Below, one piece after another: positions 35,803 to 48,837 of a stretch of 64,000 bases of DNA. The stretch lies in contig NW_003314362.1 in the NCBI RefSeq assembly GCF_000143415.4, positions 532,657 to 596,656 on the forward strand, given 5' to 3'. Position numbers and translations under genes: made by a program. Source of the stretch: Selaginella moellendorffii. Lineage: Eukaryota; Plantae; Lycopodiophyta. Within the stretch, counting starts at the first letter, position 1. Each line of letters begins with the position of its first letter. Under the pieces are notes generated by a model that made no database searches, was not told where the DNA came from, and was given only the letters and a program-made list of their open reading frames with translations.

Positions 35803-38264
35803 CCCGTTTTCTCTTCCGTTGGCAGCTCACCTCTCTGGTGAGCTTCCCACTCCTCTAGATTCCTCAGCAACACTTCTTGTGCTAGACCATCATTCTCGTA
35901 TGCAGTCCGCACATCATCCCAAAAAGTTGCTGTCGCGCTAGATATCGCCAACTTCAAGCTCGCTTTTCGACTTAGCGCATCTGCCACGATGTTGCTCTTC
36001 CCAGGCTTATACAGAATCTCGCAATCAAACTCGGCCAAAGCATTGGCCCACCGACCTTGTTTTCCCCTTAGGTCGGGCTGTGACAAGAAGTGTTTCATTG
36101 CCACATTGTCCGTGTAAACTTTGAAGTGTCTCCCAAGGTAGTGTCGCCACTCCTTGAGCGCCTTGACCACCGCAAACAATTCCTTCTCATGGGTAGGCCA
36201 CTTCCGTTAAGCCTTGTCCAACTTCTTCGAGAAGAATGCTACTAGATGGTTGTCTTGCTTCAAAACTGCGCCCAACGCAAAGTCTGAAGCATCTGTTTTT
36301 ACCTCAAAGTCCTCACCAAAGTCTGGTAATGCCAACACGGGAGCCTTCCTCAACTTCCCTTTTAGGTGGACAAATGCCGCCTCGCATTCCGCTGTCCATA
36401 CCATCTTCCCTTTTCCCGTTTGGTCCGTTAAGGGCAGGGCTACTCTCGAATAGTGTCTGATAAACTTTCGATAGTAGTTGCATAGCCCCAAGAATGCCCT
36501 TAACTCGTGTACATTCGATGGTCGTTCCCAATCCTGGATCGCTTGGACCTTCTCAGGGTCCACCTTGAGCCCGTCCTTGCCCACCATATGCCCGAGAAAC
36601 TTTACCTCTTGTTAAGCAAAGTCACATTTGCTCTCTTTAGCATACAGCTGGTGTTCCCTTAGTTTTTCAAACACCTTCGTCAAGTGTTTGGCATGCTCCT
36701 CTAGCGTTTCGCTATAAATCAGGATGTCGTCAATATAAATGACCACAAAGTGATCCAGATAGGGTACAAAGATATGGTTCATCAACGCCGAAAACGTGGC
36801 CGGCGCATTGCATAGTTCGAAAGGCATCACCAGAAACTCAAAGCTCCCATACCTCGTTCGACAGGTTGTCTTCTCAACATCTTCCTTCGCTACCCTGATC
36901 TGGTAGTATCCTGACCTTAGGTCAATTCTCGAGAAGTATTTTGCCTTTCCCAACCTATCGAACAGGTCCTCAATCCTTGGCAAAGGGTACTTGTTCTTCT
37001 TTGTATACTTGTTGAGCAACCGGTAGTCTATGCACATGCGCATAGACCCATCTTTCTTTTTCACAAATAGCACCAGTGCCCCATACGGCGATTTGCTCAA
37101 CCTAACATACCCCTTGTCCACCAACTCCTCTAGTTGGCGCTTGAGCTCCGTGAGTTCTTTTTTGTTCAAACGATAGGGTGGACGAACCACCGCCTCAGCG
37201 CCCTCGACCAGCTCAATCTTATGTTCTATCGGTCGTGCGGGGGGCAACCCCGCCAGTAGCTCCTCTGGCATGGTATCCTGGAATTGGTCTAACACCCGCT
37301 GGATCACTAAAGGTACTTCTTCCATTCCTGTCTTTTTGTCACTCTCCACCGAGAGTAAGCACAAAAAGGCTGCCTTAGTTCCTTTAGTGAGTTGTCCTCT
37401 CGTAGACACCAGGTTTAAGCAGGATTCTTTGGCCTTGCTTTGCCCTACCTTTAGATCCTGGGCCTCCACCCTAGATCTTCTTCCTTGGGCATTCGCCAGT
37501 ACCACAAGGTTCCTACCTTGTCCATGTAGGGCTACCACGAACCGATTGAACCAATCCATTCCGAAGATCACGTCAAATCCCGCCATGTCCAACACGGTGA
37601 AATCCATGTCTACTTTCCATGTCCCTACTTCGACTCTCGCTTGTCGAAGTACCTCATTGGTGCTTTGGCTACCTTGAACAAACTCTATAGTCCTTGGTTC
37701 GCCTAGCCGCTGCACCGTTAGTCCGGTTTGCCGGACTATGTCTGCAGCCACAAAATTATCCGAAGCACCCGTGTCAATAAGGATCTTAACAAAGCTACCT
37801 CCGAGCTTCCCTCGGAGGGCTAGTAGATGTCGCGAACGACTCTCTACCAAAGTTGCTCGTGTAATGAGTAACTTTGAGTTAGGGACTGGATCACATACCT
37901 CATTTTGGACTTCACCCGACTTGATGGACATATTGGCTCTGGCCTTCTTCGGGTAGGGACATTCCCTCAAAAAGTGTCCCGCTTCACCGCAGTTGTAACA
38001 TACGTTGTTTCCCACGCTGCTATACGACTTGACCTTCTTATCCGTGGGTTTGTCTCTTTTCGCTTGACTCCCCCACGTACTCGCTCGCTGGCCACCGGAT
38101 TTGCCTTTTCGGAACCCCGAGGACTCATTCTTAGAGAAACTCTTCTTGAATTTCCCCCTGCTATACGTTCCCTTTGGTTTGGCCCCTTTGCTAAACGTGG
38201 GATCCCGACCCCGTCGTGTTCCCCTTTCGCAGGTTATCGTTGAAATGCACCTTGATGGCCGCAT
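35803..38264 (-). pseudogene. X pol: Zn knuckle, protease, RT, RNase H
   Basis: [47 protein letters not shown]; in-frame TAA stops at 36612 and 36207. Confidence 0.95.
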
Positions 38265-39099
38265 CCAACGCTTCCTTATAGTTGGTCGGGTTCCAGCGCA
38301 TCACCTCACCGCGAGCCCAGGTTTGCAAACCCGATATGAAGGCATGGAACGCATCCATATCCCCCATGTCCGTGACAAGTATCCTCTTTGCCATGAACCC
38401 ATTCACATATTCCTGGATGGTTCCAGCCTGCTTCAGCCTACTCAGCTCATCTCTCAAATGCAGAGTGGCATTCGGAGGAACGTATGTTGCGCGGATCCTC
38501 GCCTTCATTATGTCCCAAGTGGCCACCGGTCCTTCGTTGGCCTCCGTCGTTCTCCACCAAGACTTGGCATTATCTACCAAGTATGGTTTTGCATATGGGA
38601 CCTTCTCCGAGCTTGGTAACCGCAACGCTCGGAAGTAGTCCTCCATATCGTAAAACCAATCCTCCACCACCTTATAGTCGTTCACTCCCTTGAAGACCGG
38701 TGGGGGCTTTGGTTTGTACTTGGGAACTGCCTGAGGGACTGATTCCACTTCGGTTTGTTCGACCTTGTCTGGTTTTGCCTCAGTCCCTACCGAAGGGTCC
38801 GCACCTTCTGCGCTACCAGCGTCCGCAGTCTTTCTCTTTTTCTTCCGCTTCTCGTCACGCTTTAACTTGCGTACGAGAGTCTCCAGCAGGGCATTGGTCT
38901 GTGCCAACTGTCCTTCTAGCATGTCCAATCGAGCTTTGGACGACCGAACCTCGCCACCGGACTCCTGTTTGGAAGTTTCCTCACTAGAGTCCTCCTCATG
39001 CAAGGATTCCTCATCCATAGCCTCGGATTCGACCGGAGGCTCCAGCTCCGGCGGAGGTTCCGTCTCCGCCTGGGTTGACTTACGCGCTGCCCTTGCCAT
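38191..39099 (-). CDS. X gag (retrotrans_gag)
   Basis: ATG just downstream of the PBS; [24 protein letters not shown]. Confidence 0.85.
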   Translation of the reverse strand: MARAARKSTQAETEPPPELEPPVESEAMDEESLHEEDSSEETSKQESGGEVRSSKARLDMLEGQLAQTNALLETLVRKLKRDEKRKKKRKTADAGSAEGADPSVGTEAKPDKVEQTEVESVPQAVPKYKPKPPPVFKGVNDYKVVEDWFYDMEDYFRALRLPSSEKVPYAKPYLVDNAKSWWRTTEANEGPVATWDIMKARIRATYVPPNATLHLRDELSRLKQAGTIQEYVNGFMAKRILVTDMGDMDAFHAFISGLQTWARGEVMRWNPTNYKEALDAAIKVHFNDNLRKGNTTGSGSHV

Positions 39100-40214
39100 C
39101 TCCCAGCAATCCGCCTCTATCCTTCGCTAGAATTGAGGAAAACGCTCCGATACCAAATTGTAAGCCACAAATTTTTCCTTTCCAATTTGCCAACTTACCT
39201 CGTCTATCCGTCCGACACCACCTTGGCTTTTACTAAGTTCCCTTGCCAAGGTTCTCGCCTATGGTACCAGCTCCTACTTGGTTTCAGCTACTCACTGCAC
39301 GAGCAACGGAGTGTTAGCCATCCATCCACGGATTCCCAAATCACTCCCAATCCCCCTCCCCGGGTTAGACTGGACTTAAGGTTCGGCTACACTCCCCGCA
39401 AGCACAAGCAGCCAAGCACACCAAGCTTCCAGGTTCCTAACACCCCTTGGTACCACAAGACTTGATCATAGGACCCTCTAAATCCCAAGTCTTGAGTGCA
39501 ACACTTGCTTCGGGACGTCGGGGCGAAACACCGTGGCCTAGCGGCCCGGTATGGGTACCTCTACCCCCCCACTTCCATCCCGAAGGAAGGCCCAAGCCCC
39601 TCGGAAGGGCGAGGACCAATGAGCCGCATGATACTCAAGTGGGGCACCACTTCACCTGAGCCGGGAGCACCGCAATCGGTTTCCCTTTCGAGAGTGGGAG
39701 CTGTTCTTGAGCACTTCCTTGGATGGCCCCTTCGGCACCAACCAAGTCCGTGCTCACTCCCACCCAAGGCCCCTTGGTCCCAGTCTCAACCTCAAGTCGG
39801 TTTGGAAGCCCAACTGGAGAGTCCCTTCAAAATTGGTTCCTGGACCTCACTATCCCTACTATACTTTTGGAACCCCCTGCAGCCCCCCCCCCTGGGAGAC
39901 GCACGCTTTGGGCTTTCACCCCTTGACCCGTATTAGTATCTGGACTTAGTCTCTGGCTCGATCTCGGACCCGATTTTGGATCCGACTTCGGATTCGGTCT
40001 CGGACTCGATTTCGGACTCGATCTCGGACCCGATCTTGGACCCGACCTCGGACTCAACCTCGGACTCGGTCTCGGACCCGATTTCAGATCTCAGACTCCG
40101 TCTCGAACTCGGTCTCGAACTTGGTCCCATCCGATGAACTCTTTGTCATTTTGGTCATGCTTTCGGGGTTCCTTTAGCCTACGACACCTTGGCGAGTTGG
40201 TTCCTTACAGTTAA

Positions 40215-40440
40215 GGGGAGATTCGTTCACCATCAAAAGTTATGGACAGCGAACCTGAATTTGAAGTTGAATGCATCTTATCATGTAACTGAAAACATGG
40301 TGGTTATTCTAAAGAATATTTAATTAAATGGAAAGGTTACCCATCTTGTGAATCAACATGGGAGCCTCTCAGTAACCTTATGCATGCCCATGAGCTTGTC
40401 ATGGAGTATGAGAATTGTAATAAAAAATCACTTCTGTAAA
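40215..40440 (+). pseudogene. Chromodomain of the older host element
   Basis: EFEVECIL...EYLIKWKGYPSCESTWEPLSNL. Confidence 0.85.
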
Positions 40441-41019
40441 TCTTATAATAAATCTTGCAAATTAATAAAGTAATATGTTTCTATTAAATTAGAAGTTTTA
40501 TTTCTCTTGTTTATTAAGTTCTTGGGTCAATTTTGGCAGGTTGACTTCAGCACTTTAGTGCATAGGTTCAATCTATAACCATGGGGATAACTATTATAGA
40601 CTGATCACAAATCCCCATTTCTCTCTTGTTGACTCATTTTTGCAAAGGGGGCTGGTCATGTAAACAACTTTATCTGCCACTTTATAATAGTTGTCTAAAT
40701 CTTCTCAATAAGGTTGATTTCTTGCTCAAGGGAGTTAAGCTTTTAACTCTCTCTCTATGTTCCTGTAGGCATGGATGTATCATTCTTTTGTAAGCCGAGT
40801 GGTATTTAGAGCAGCAAGGGTGGCTAACTTTGTTAATCATTTCTTTGTTAGTGACAACTAGAGGGTGTTTGAGTCTTAATATCTTTAGACATAGAGGAGA
40901 GGTAGTTCCATAACTCATTTAAGTTGATATGTTTCCCATATAGTGTTTTTTTTATTAACTTTTGGAGTTGTTTCCTTGACGGTTTGCTAAACTTGAGTAT
41001 GCATCGATAGGGGGGAGAG

Positions 41020-41568
41020 TGTTGCAAATATGACTTTGGGTATCAAAAGATATTTGTCGGCCAATCCTTACAGATACTTCTTCTTTACTACCACAACGAT
41101 AGGAGGTTGATATTGCTGATTCCTTTTATGTTCTCCACCTAAGCTAGTTGAAAAATTGGTCATCACATATGCACTTGACTAAATAAGCATAAGGATGGAA
41201 TTCCTAAATGCTATTAAACAAGTATACGGGAGGATATGGGGAGTCTTAAATATATAGTAGGAATAATGGTTGGAGTGCATGGCCGACCACCTAAAACATT
41301 AATTTAGCTTCCGCTGGATTGTGTTGCTTTTTATTTTACATCTAGTTTGGGTTTAAGCCCAAACTCCATGCTACTTTAGTTGGTGGAGTACCCTTCTCCT
41401 CGTATTAGGCCACCGATATGCCGAAATTATGCTAGACACTATCTAACATCAATTTGCATAGAGGTGCTAGATATGAGGAGCTGGTGCTCATAGGATTGAA
41501 AGTGTATTAGACCCCCATTTTGTAGTGCAATAAACTTGGAGTTTAGCTCCAAATTCATGTGTACTACA
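41020..41568 (+). mobile_element. LTR family B copy (internally deleted) preceded by a PPT
   Basis: agggggggagag|TGTTGCA...ACTACA; homologous to 3971-4821. Confidence 0.7.
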
Positions 41569-44500
41569 TAAAAGGACAAACCCTTTAATAAGAAGACCAA
41601 CTCCATTAATAATATAAGGAATAATGTATGTTTCAATTGCTGGGAATCCAAACAATTCTTAAGAGAATGTCTTTGCCTGAATAAAGCTAGGAATAATATA
41701 ACTATTAAGTTAGGTAAAGTGTAAATTGAGATATGTGATCCAGTCCCTAGCTCAAAGATACTCATTACATAAGCAACTTTAGTAAAGAGACGTGTAATAC
41801 ATGTGATCATAGGATAAAATTTAAATATATTATCACTGTAAATCTTTAGAACTTTGGGGGATAGGTAGGGATAAAATAACCATTAAAAGCTCTTTCATCC
41901 CCCTTTTCAAATTAGTTTAAAAGGAGAGAGTTAAAGTGTGGTATATTTGGTATTGGAGCCAATAAGAGTTCAATGCTCCAATGAACAAATCTTGCTAAAC
42001 CACAAAATGTTAAGAATCTAAAGACTTGGTGTTTTTAGCTGTTTGATAGTGGTCTTCATATTCCCAGATGAGTAATAAAGACTAAGAGTGTAATATGGAG
42101 ATTATTAAGATTAAATGAGATGAAATGTTTCTCCATGGGCATATTTTAAAAGTTGGATATTTTTATTTGTGGTGATTTAGATGGTTGGTGATTAGTTGTG
42201 CTCATTGAAGATTAATATCGTATTTCACTAGTCTCAATGAAAATAGTGTTAATAATTAGGCTATAATTTTGTGTTATTGGAATTTATACATTTACTAGTT
42301 AACAACTATATTGGTATTCAAATAAGATAAATTAATCAAATGAGATAAATAAATTCAAATAAGACAAATTAATTAAATGCCATATTCTAGACGAGATTGA
42401 TAAATTGATGATTCGTTGGATTTATTAAAGATTGATATTGAGTTTTATTAGTCTTGATAAAGATGGTGTTGATAGTTTGGTCATACCTTTATATCATTGA
42501 CATTTGTGTATTGTTAGTTAGCAAATGTATTAGCATTTAATCAAGTTGAGTGGTGAGTTGAGTTAACTATATTGTAAACAAGATTATTTAGCAGGGGTTT
42601 GAGTTTTGGTTTTTTCTTGAAAAGTGATTTATTCATAAACTATACTAGCTTTGCAAGAGAAAGAGTTAGTGATAGATACTTAATATTTTATTTTTTATTA
42701 TATTTGAGTTAGGATTATATCAATTATTGATAATTCTTCTTATACTTATTATGAAGTGAGTTAAATCTTATATAAATTCATGGAGAATTGATTTATTAAT
42801 CACTTGTTAAGCATAGAGTTGTTGTGCTTAGTTTTTGGATTGATATAAATATGTAATTCATTAAAATTTGCATTATAAAGTTTAGTTTATAGATGTATCA
42901 AAGATAATATTGTAGGTTATACCATAAATTCTTCTTTGACATTAAAACTAATTGATATAAAACTTATGATCATTGTTATATGAAACTTCTAATTGCTATA
43001 GGTTTTTTTGAGCCTTTAGTTCTTTGAACTCTCATACTCATTGTTTCATTTGTTTGAAATTTTTTGGTAAGGCATTTTAGCTCTTTATTCCAATATTCAA
43101 ATTGGTGTTTGTGTTTAGCAATTATTGTGGATGATTGATTGTCATCTAGAATAGTTAATTATCCTCAATAGAGGTTTTACTTGATTCTTATTAAAAATAA
43201 ATGATTTAATGTTGTTCAGAAAAGTAGATTATTCTTTAATAATGATTATGTATCTCTATTAATTGGGTGATTGATGATTTCTAATGATGGTTAGTTATTC
43301 TCTTTGATGGCTTTTGGTTTTTGACATTACCACATATTCTATGTGGTCATTTGGGTTTGAGATATCAATAAGATGTTGCTAACACTTATTTAAGTAACTT
43401 TTGTTCCTTAATATTATTGACTAAAGTCTATTTAAATTAGTTGGTAACATGAATAAGTATTTGTTAGCACTTATAAAATTTATTCAATTCTATTGATTGT
43501 TGCTAAGATCAACTTTAATAGATTGAGATGTTATTTCCTTTAGGTGATACATTCATGAGTATTTCCTTCATGTGATACATAATATATCCTTTAGATGATA
43601 CATTTATGAGTATAGGTAAAATAACTTTAACACTTCATATGTATAGTGAAATTTTTAGTTATAGGGTAGCTACTATAGACTTGTCATATCACTTGCCTCT
43701 CTTTCTTGAGTTCCTAGTTCCATTCAAAGGGTATAACTGTATGAATAACTCTAACTACTTGTTTATAATAGTTTATTTAAATGTTTTTAACAAGTTTGAT
43801 TTGTTGCTTAAGAGGGTTGGGCTATATGCAACTAAAGAGAATGACTTAAAAAATAATATATTAGGGTTTAAATATAAAAGGAAAAAACTTATAAATAAAA
43901 GTGCATCCCTTTTTTCAATAAAGTGGTGCATCCCTTTTTTCAACAAAGATCTAAAGCTAAGATCAAAGTGGTGCATCCCTTTTTTCAACAAAGATCTAAA
44001 GCTAAGATCCAAGAGTTAGATCCGCTCCATAGTTAATCTATAGTATATCACCACAAGGTAAAGGGTGAAAACCATATATACTACATCTATGATAATTGTA
44101 ACATAATCTTTGGAACCACTCCATACATACAACTCTTCCATTAAGAATTAAAGCAATTTCAATAGAAACCACATAATATTTCTAGCTATTAGAGCCTAGA
44201 TTAGAACTTCTAACTAGAAGGCACTTGCATTAATACTATATAATTCTTATAATCATAATCTATGTAAGAGATTGCAATCTTGTTTCACTAAATAATGCTT
44301 TTATTTTATAGTTTGTTAAAAGTATTCTTCGTGTCAAGAGTGCTCTAACACATTCTATACAAGCCAACATAGTCCAATTGAGGGGCTGGGATCTTACTAG
44401 ATTAACTGATTAAAGTATACTTTAAACACTAATTTATTTTTTATTTAAAATTTATCTAATTTATCAATTATTATTTAATTAGAATAAATAGTTTGCAGTT

Positions 44501-44825
44501 TAGAACTAGTTATATTATCATTTTTACACAAGACTTAGGTTTAGGCTATAATATATGTCTTCATTAAGAATATCTTATTAGAAAATAGTTATAATTATAA
44601 AAAAATTCAATTTATAATAATTTGTAGTTATGTAATAACCAAGCTACTGTATTAATCATATTTAAGATAGCATCAGCAAAACAAATAATAGATATTGTTT
44701 TTCTAGAGAAAGCTAAATATTACTGCATAGTGTAGAAAATTATTTCAAGTTAAATTTTTAATATTTCAGAAAATCAATACTATAAGTATTTAAATTATTT
44801 GTATTTTACTTAAAATAAAAAGTGA

Positions 44826-45435
44826 TTAACAAGGATAGGTATTTGATGACCATCTTGCCTTAATAAAAGGATGATGAGAAAACACTCTTTGTAAAGATTC
44901 ATATAAGACTAAGTTACAATCATTTTGTAAAGATAAAATATAAATTGATTTATCACAAAAAGTATTTGGTGACCAGACAACATTATTACTATTTGAATAT
45001 AAAACTATGTTTCCATCTATTTGCATTTTAAATTCACAATTCTTATATTTATCTGATCCTACAAACCATTTTTTTTTTTTTTCAAATATATAGCCAAAAT
45101 ACAATTGAGATGTAAATATAAAATAGCTTTTCTATTTGGAGATAATAAAAATGTTTCCCATGATCATATTCAATATTATTATCATTTGTATTACATTGAT
45201 CATAGTGTTTTCCAGATGTACTATATAGCCACATTTGATTAATAACATTTAATGAACCAATAATATCATCTTGTACTGTAAATGGAAATTCCATACTTTG
45301 TCCTTTAGGGAATTCTTCTGAGGATATATTATTAATAATTAATTCCTTTGCATATAAGATTAAATCAATACTCTCTTGACTTATTGTATTTTTTCCCCCA
45401 TAGCCAAGTATAGAATTCATTTTAAACAAATGCAA
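44826..45435 (-). pseudogene. Bulb-type (GNA-like) mannose-binding lectin, frameshifted
   Basis: Two QxDxNxVxY motifs (MQIDGNIVLY, LQNDCNLVLY) and VVWSPNT. The two ORFs change frame near the long homopolymer at ~45069-45082. Confidence 0.7.
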
Positions 45436-47407
45436 AATATCAGCAAACTTATTAATTTCATAGTTTATTAATAAATAGAATGAACATCTAATATTCTGAA
45501 ATTTATATTTAATTTCTATATAATACTACCAATATTTTAAATTAATAAATTAAAATATATAGTCATAGACTCATAATATAATATTATTATATTTAAAGTA
45601 AAATTATATTTTTTTATTATCTTTTTTTATTAGTTAATCATATCTGTTAGTTGTGATTTTTTTTCTTATAAAAAGAAGGAATTGTTAAATTTTGTGGGCC
45701 ACCAAATCCAGTCAATAGCAAATGTCAAATGGTGGGTAACTGTTAAAAGGGTTAGTTTTTTCTAACCATGTGTTATGTTGATGTTTGTTGTTAGCCAATG
45801 GGAGGTTGCGAACTGCTTGGGGTGACAGAAGAAAGTGTTATGACACATGTCACATGCAACTGTGTTGACAAAATTGCATTGGTCAAACCAAGAAGGCATT
45901 ATGACAAGTGCATGTGCTTAATGATGTGGCCAAAAATAAGTAGAGCATAGGACCAAAGGCTGTAATTAACTTTGGTTTAATCAACTATTTAATTCAAGAG
46001 CTCTTTATGATGGCAGTGGCAGCCAGTGACTCTACCTTAGGGTCTCAAGACCATGTAAAATATAGTTATCAATCATTGCTAAATGATGTTTCTTTGTAGC
46101 AGCAAACTCAAGATAGGTGGAACTAGGTTTTGTTTTAACCTAATAAAGCAGAATGCAAGCATTTTCCTTTCTAAGAATTGAGCACTCTACACAACTTAGT
46201 GCTTTAGGTACTTAGTCTATCCAATACAGTACTTTACTAGGAATAGGTGAGCAAATAGACTTCAAACAGCCATTAGGTCCCTTTGCTACTTTAGCAAGTA
46301 TCAGCATTTGGCTTCTTTTCTTCTTAAACTTTTTTGTAGCCAAATCCAAACATTAAGACACATATTTCTAGCCAAGTGCCCTGTGGCATTATAGAAGGTA
46401 CTCAATCTTATAATGTGTTGTTTATGGGTTTGTAATCACAAATTATATAGCATTCTAGACCCTAGCATATGGAATTTGATTGTCTCCTTTGAGGAAACAT
46501 GATATGCATATGTGGATCTACAACTTCATTCAGGTGGTGAGCCATAGCTTATATATGTAATAACTTGGTATAGTAGTTGTGATTTCCAACATGAGGTCCA
46601 TTCAACAAATATGGCATTGACATCATCAATTTCACTTACAATTATAGCATGCAAATGCTACTGATAAATATAGCCACCTTTTCAAGCCATCTAATTGGCT
46701 CTGAATTCAACACTATAGGGTTAAAGCTAAGAATCAGAAATATTATTTAGGGCTCTATCCTCTCTCATGGCTAGAAAAGGCTCTTTCAGTGCTTAACTTT
46801 GTCAGACCATTAGACATTGTTCCATTGAGTCAATTTGTAAGAGATGCTTCTACTTAAACCTTTGCAACAATTACTACAGCAATCACTGGTGTATATCAAA
46901 CACCTTAATACTTGCTATGCATAGATACTGATTGTCACAGATGGTACAGGATCTGGATGCTCCAGCAAGAGATCCCATAAGAGGCATCATAATATGTGGA
47001 GGGCAATTTATGCTAGAGAATGTCTAGTAAAATAAATAAAAGGAAAAGTTTGACAAAGAAAGGCCTTGAAATATGATTAAAACTTCACCTTCTTGAACCT
47101 TATTCCGAGAATATTCCATGGCCTGCTTTGGCAGTTAAATTTGAGTGCTTAACTGGATAGGATTGAGTCGGACATTCTCCAAGTTGCCAATGCTCTGATA
47201 TGGTGGCTTGAGTACTAGAGCCCCTCAATGGAAAAATGATCTACGACCAAGAGAATGTCACGAGTTTCATTATCACAAGAAAGAGACCTGTTTCTCTTGA
47301 GTCGTAAAACTGAAAGGAAAGAACCACCCGCCAGCATCTTGGCTGGATAAACAGAACAAAACACGGTTAAGAGGAGGAGCTAAAAGATTGATTGTGTGAA
47401 ACTTGCC

Positions 47408-48837
47408 TCAGGGGAAACGAAGGCTGGGAGTGTAGACAAGCTTGAGAAAATCCGCAGCTCCACTCATGAACGTGCCGATTGGAAGATGAGGCTCCGGCAA
47501 GCACTGGAAGTAGACGGCAGAGTTGTGCAGACTGACAAACCAGCACTGCATCGTCGGCTCCTCCGCAATGTTCTTGCCTTCGTACATGAGAGATCGGCCG
47601 TCCCACTTCTTGAGATCCCATGCATTGCTCTTTTGCACCGGGACGTGAAGGAAAAGCGCATGTCCGAAGCCCCACACCTCCATCATCCCGAACATAAGCT
47701 TGTTCGTCGGCAGGATCTCGCTCGGCACCTGGAGCTCCGCTGTCATCACCAGCTTCTCCTGCTCGATCACAGCCTTGAATAACTTGCCCGTGTCTTTGTC
47801 AGCTACGACCATCATCGTTTCGCTGCTGCTGTCAATCATGAAGCTCATAAGCATCAAGTCCTCTGGGATGTCCACCGGAGTCGGGAGCCACTCCATTTTG
47901 GCGATGTCAAAGCGAGCAATCTTCTCGGGACGGTTGTTGACGTTGTTGGAGGTGCAGTAGAGCAGCGAGTTTGCGATGAAACACTGGTGTGCCTTGCATA
48001 GAGCGCGGAAAGGGAGCACAAATCCTGGAGGAAACCCGGTGATGGACGTCCAGGAACCAGTCTCGGAGCAGTAGACGCGCATGAAGGGCTGCTTGTAGTC
48101 ATGAATGTCCGGCACTGGGATCGGGCGGTCTACCGGCTGGACGACGCTCATTTTGTAGAGAAATCCACTGATCTCGTCCGCGTCCATCACACCCATGGTG
48201 AAAACCTTGTATGAAGAGGCCGAACGCGAGCACTGGATGGCTGATGGTAAAAGAGGTGTAAGCTTTGTTCTTTCCTTTTCAATCAGCTCGAGCCACTTAC
48301 CGGAGTAGACGATCTCTTTGCCAGAGCTCATATCCAACGCCGGGAGCTTCTTGGTCTCCTTGGTGAGAGGATTCACCTAGAAAAAGAAAGAAAGAGACTC
48401 GTGAGTCTTGTCTAGAGCGATTGATCAGAAAAAAAAACCAAAGCTCTCTCTTCGGAAGTGATATCGAGAGAAAAAAGGAAGTTCTTTCCTACCACGGTGA
48501 AATGGCCCTGGGAGTCCCGGAGCAGCAGGAGGCCGAGCGAGCACGAGACGATGCTAGTGTCCTGCGCCGTAGGGATCCACGGCTGGCGAGAGAAGCGCCT
48601 TGGCTTGCCGGTCATCGCATCATTTCCAATCACGAAGCCCGTGCGGCCATGAATGAAGAGAAACCATGGCCTGGCGCTGATGATCATCTCATACCTCCGC
48701 AAGAAGCTCTTTGTCGTGGAAATGCGGCGCCAGAACTTGCAAACCGTGCGCGATCGCAGGAGATCTTCGAGCGGGAGCTTGGCGAGGATCATCTCCAGGA
48801 GCGATCGCGGCAGAGGAAGCGGCAGTGGGGACTCCAT
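47408..48837 (-). CDS. F-box protein, 2 exons (48837-48493, 48376-47408), ~437 aa
   Basis: LPRSLLEMILAKLPLEDLLRSRTVCKFW; phase-0 GT-AG intron 48492-48377; F-box-associated motifs (SCSLGLLLL, VNPLTK, VYCSETGSW). Confidence 0.88.

Larger units (their letters stand above)
16832..40209 (-). mobile_element. Full-length Ty3/gypsy chromovirus 'X' (family A) with a nested DNA transposon
   Basis: 5' LTR 39159-40209 (1051 bp); 3' LTR 16832-18691 (gapped); TSD GTTAA at 16827-16831 and 40210-40214; PBS TGGTATCGGAGC (tRNA-iMet type) at 39144-39155; PPT at 18692; order gag-PR-RT-RH-IN-chromodomain. Confidence 0.95.

Noticed and set aside
41960-43700. Possible decayed LINE or other coding remnant
   Set aside because: Too AT-eroded for any motif to be supported.
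43919-44010. ORF 43606-44019 with a repeated peptide
   Set aside because: A simple 45-bp tandem duplication in AT-rich DNA.
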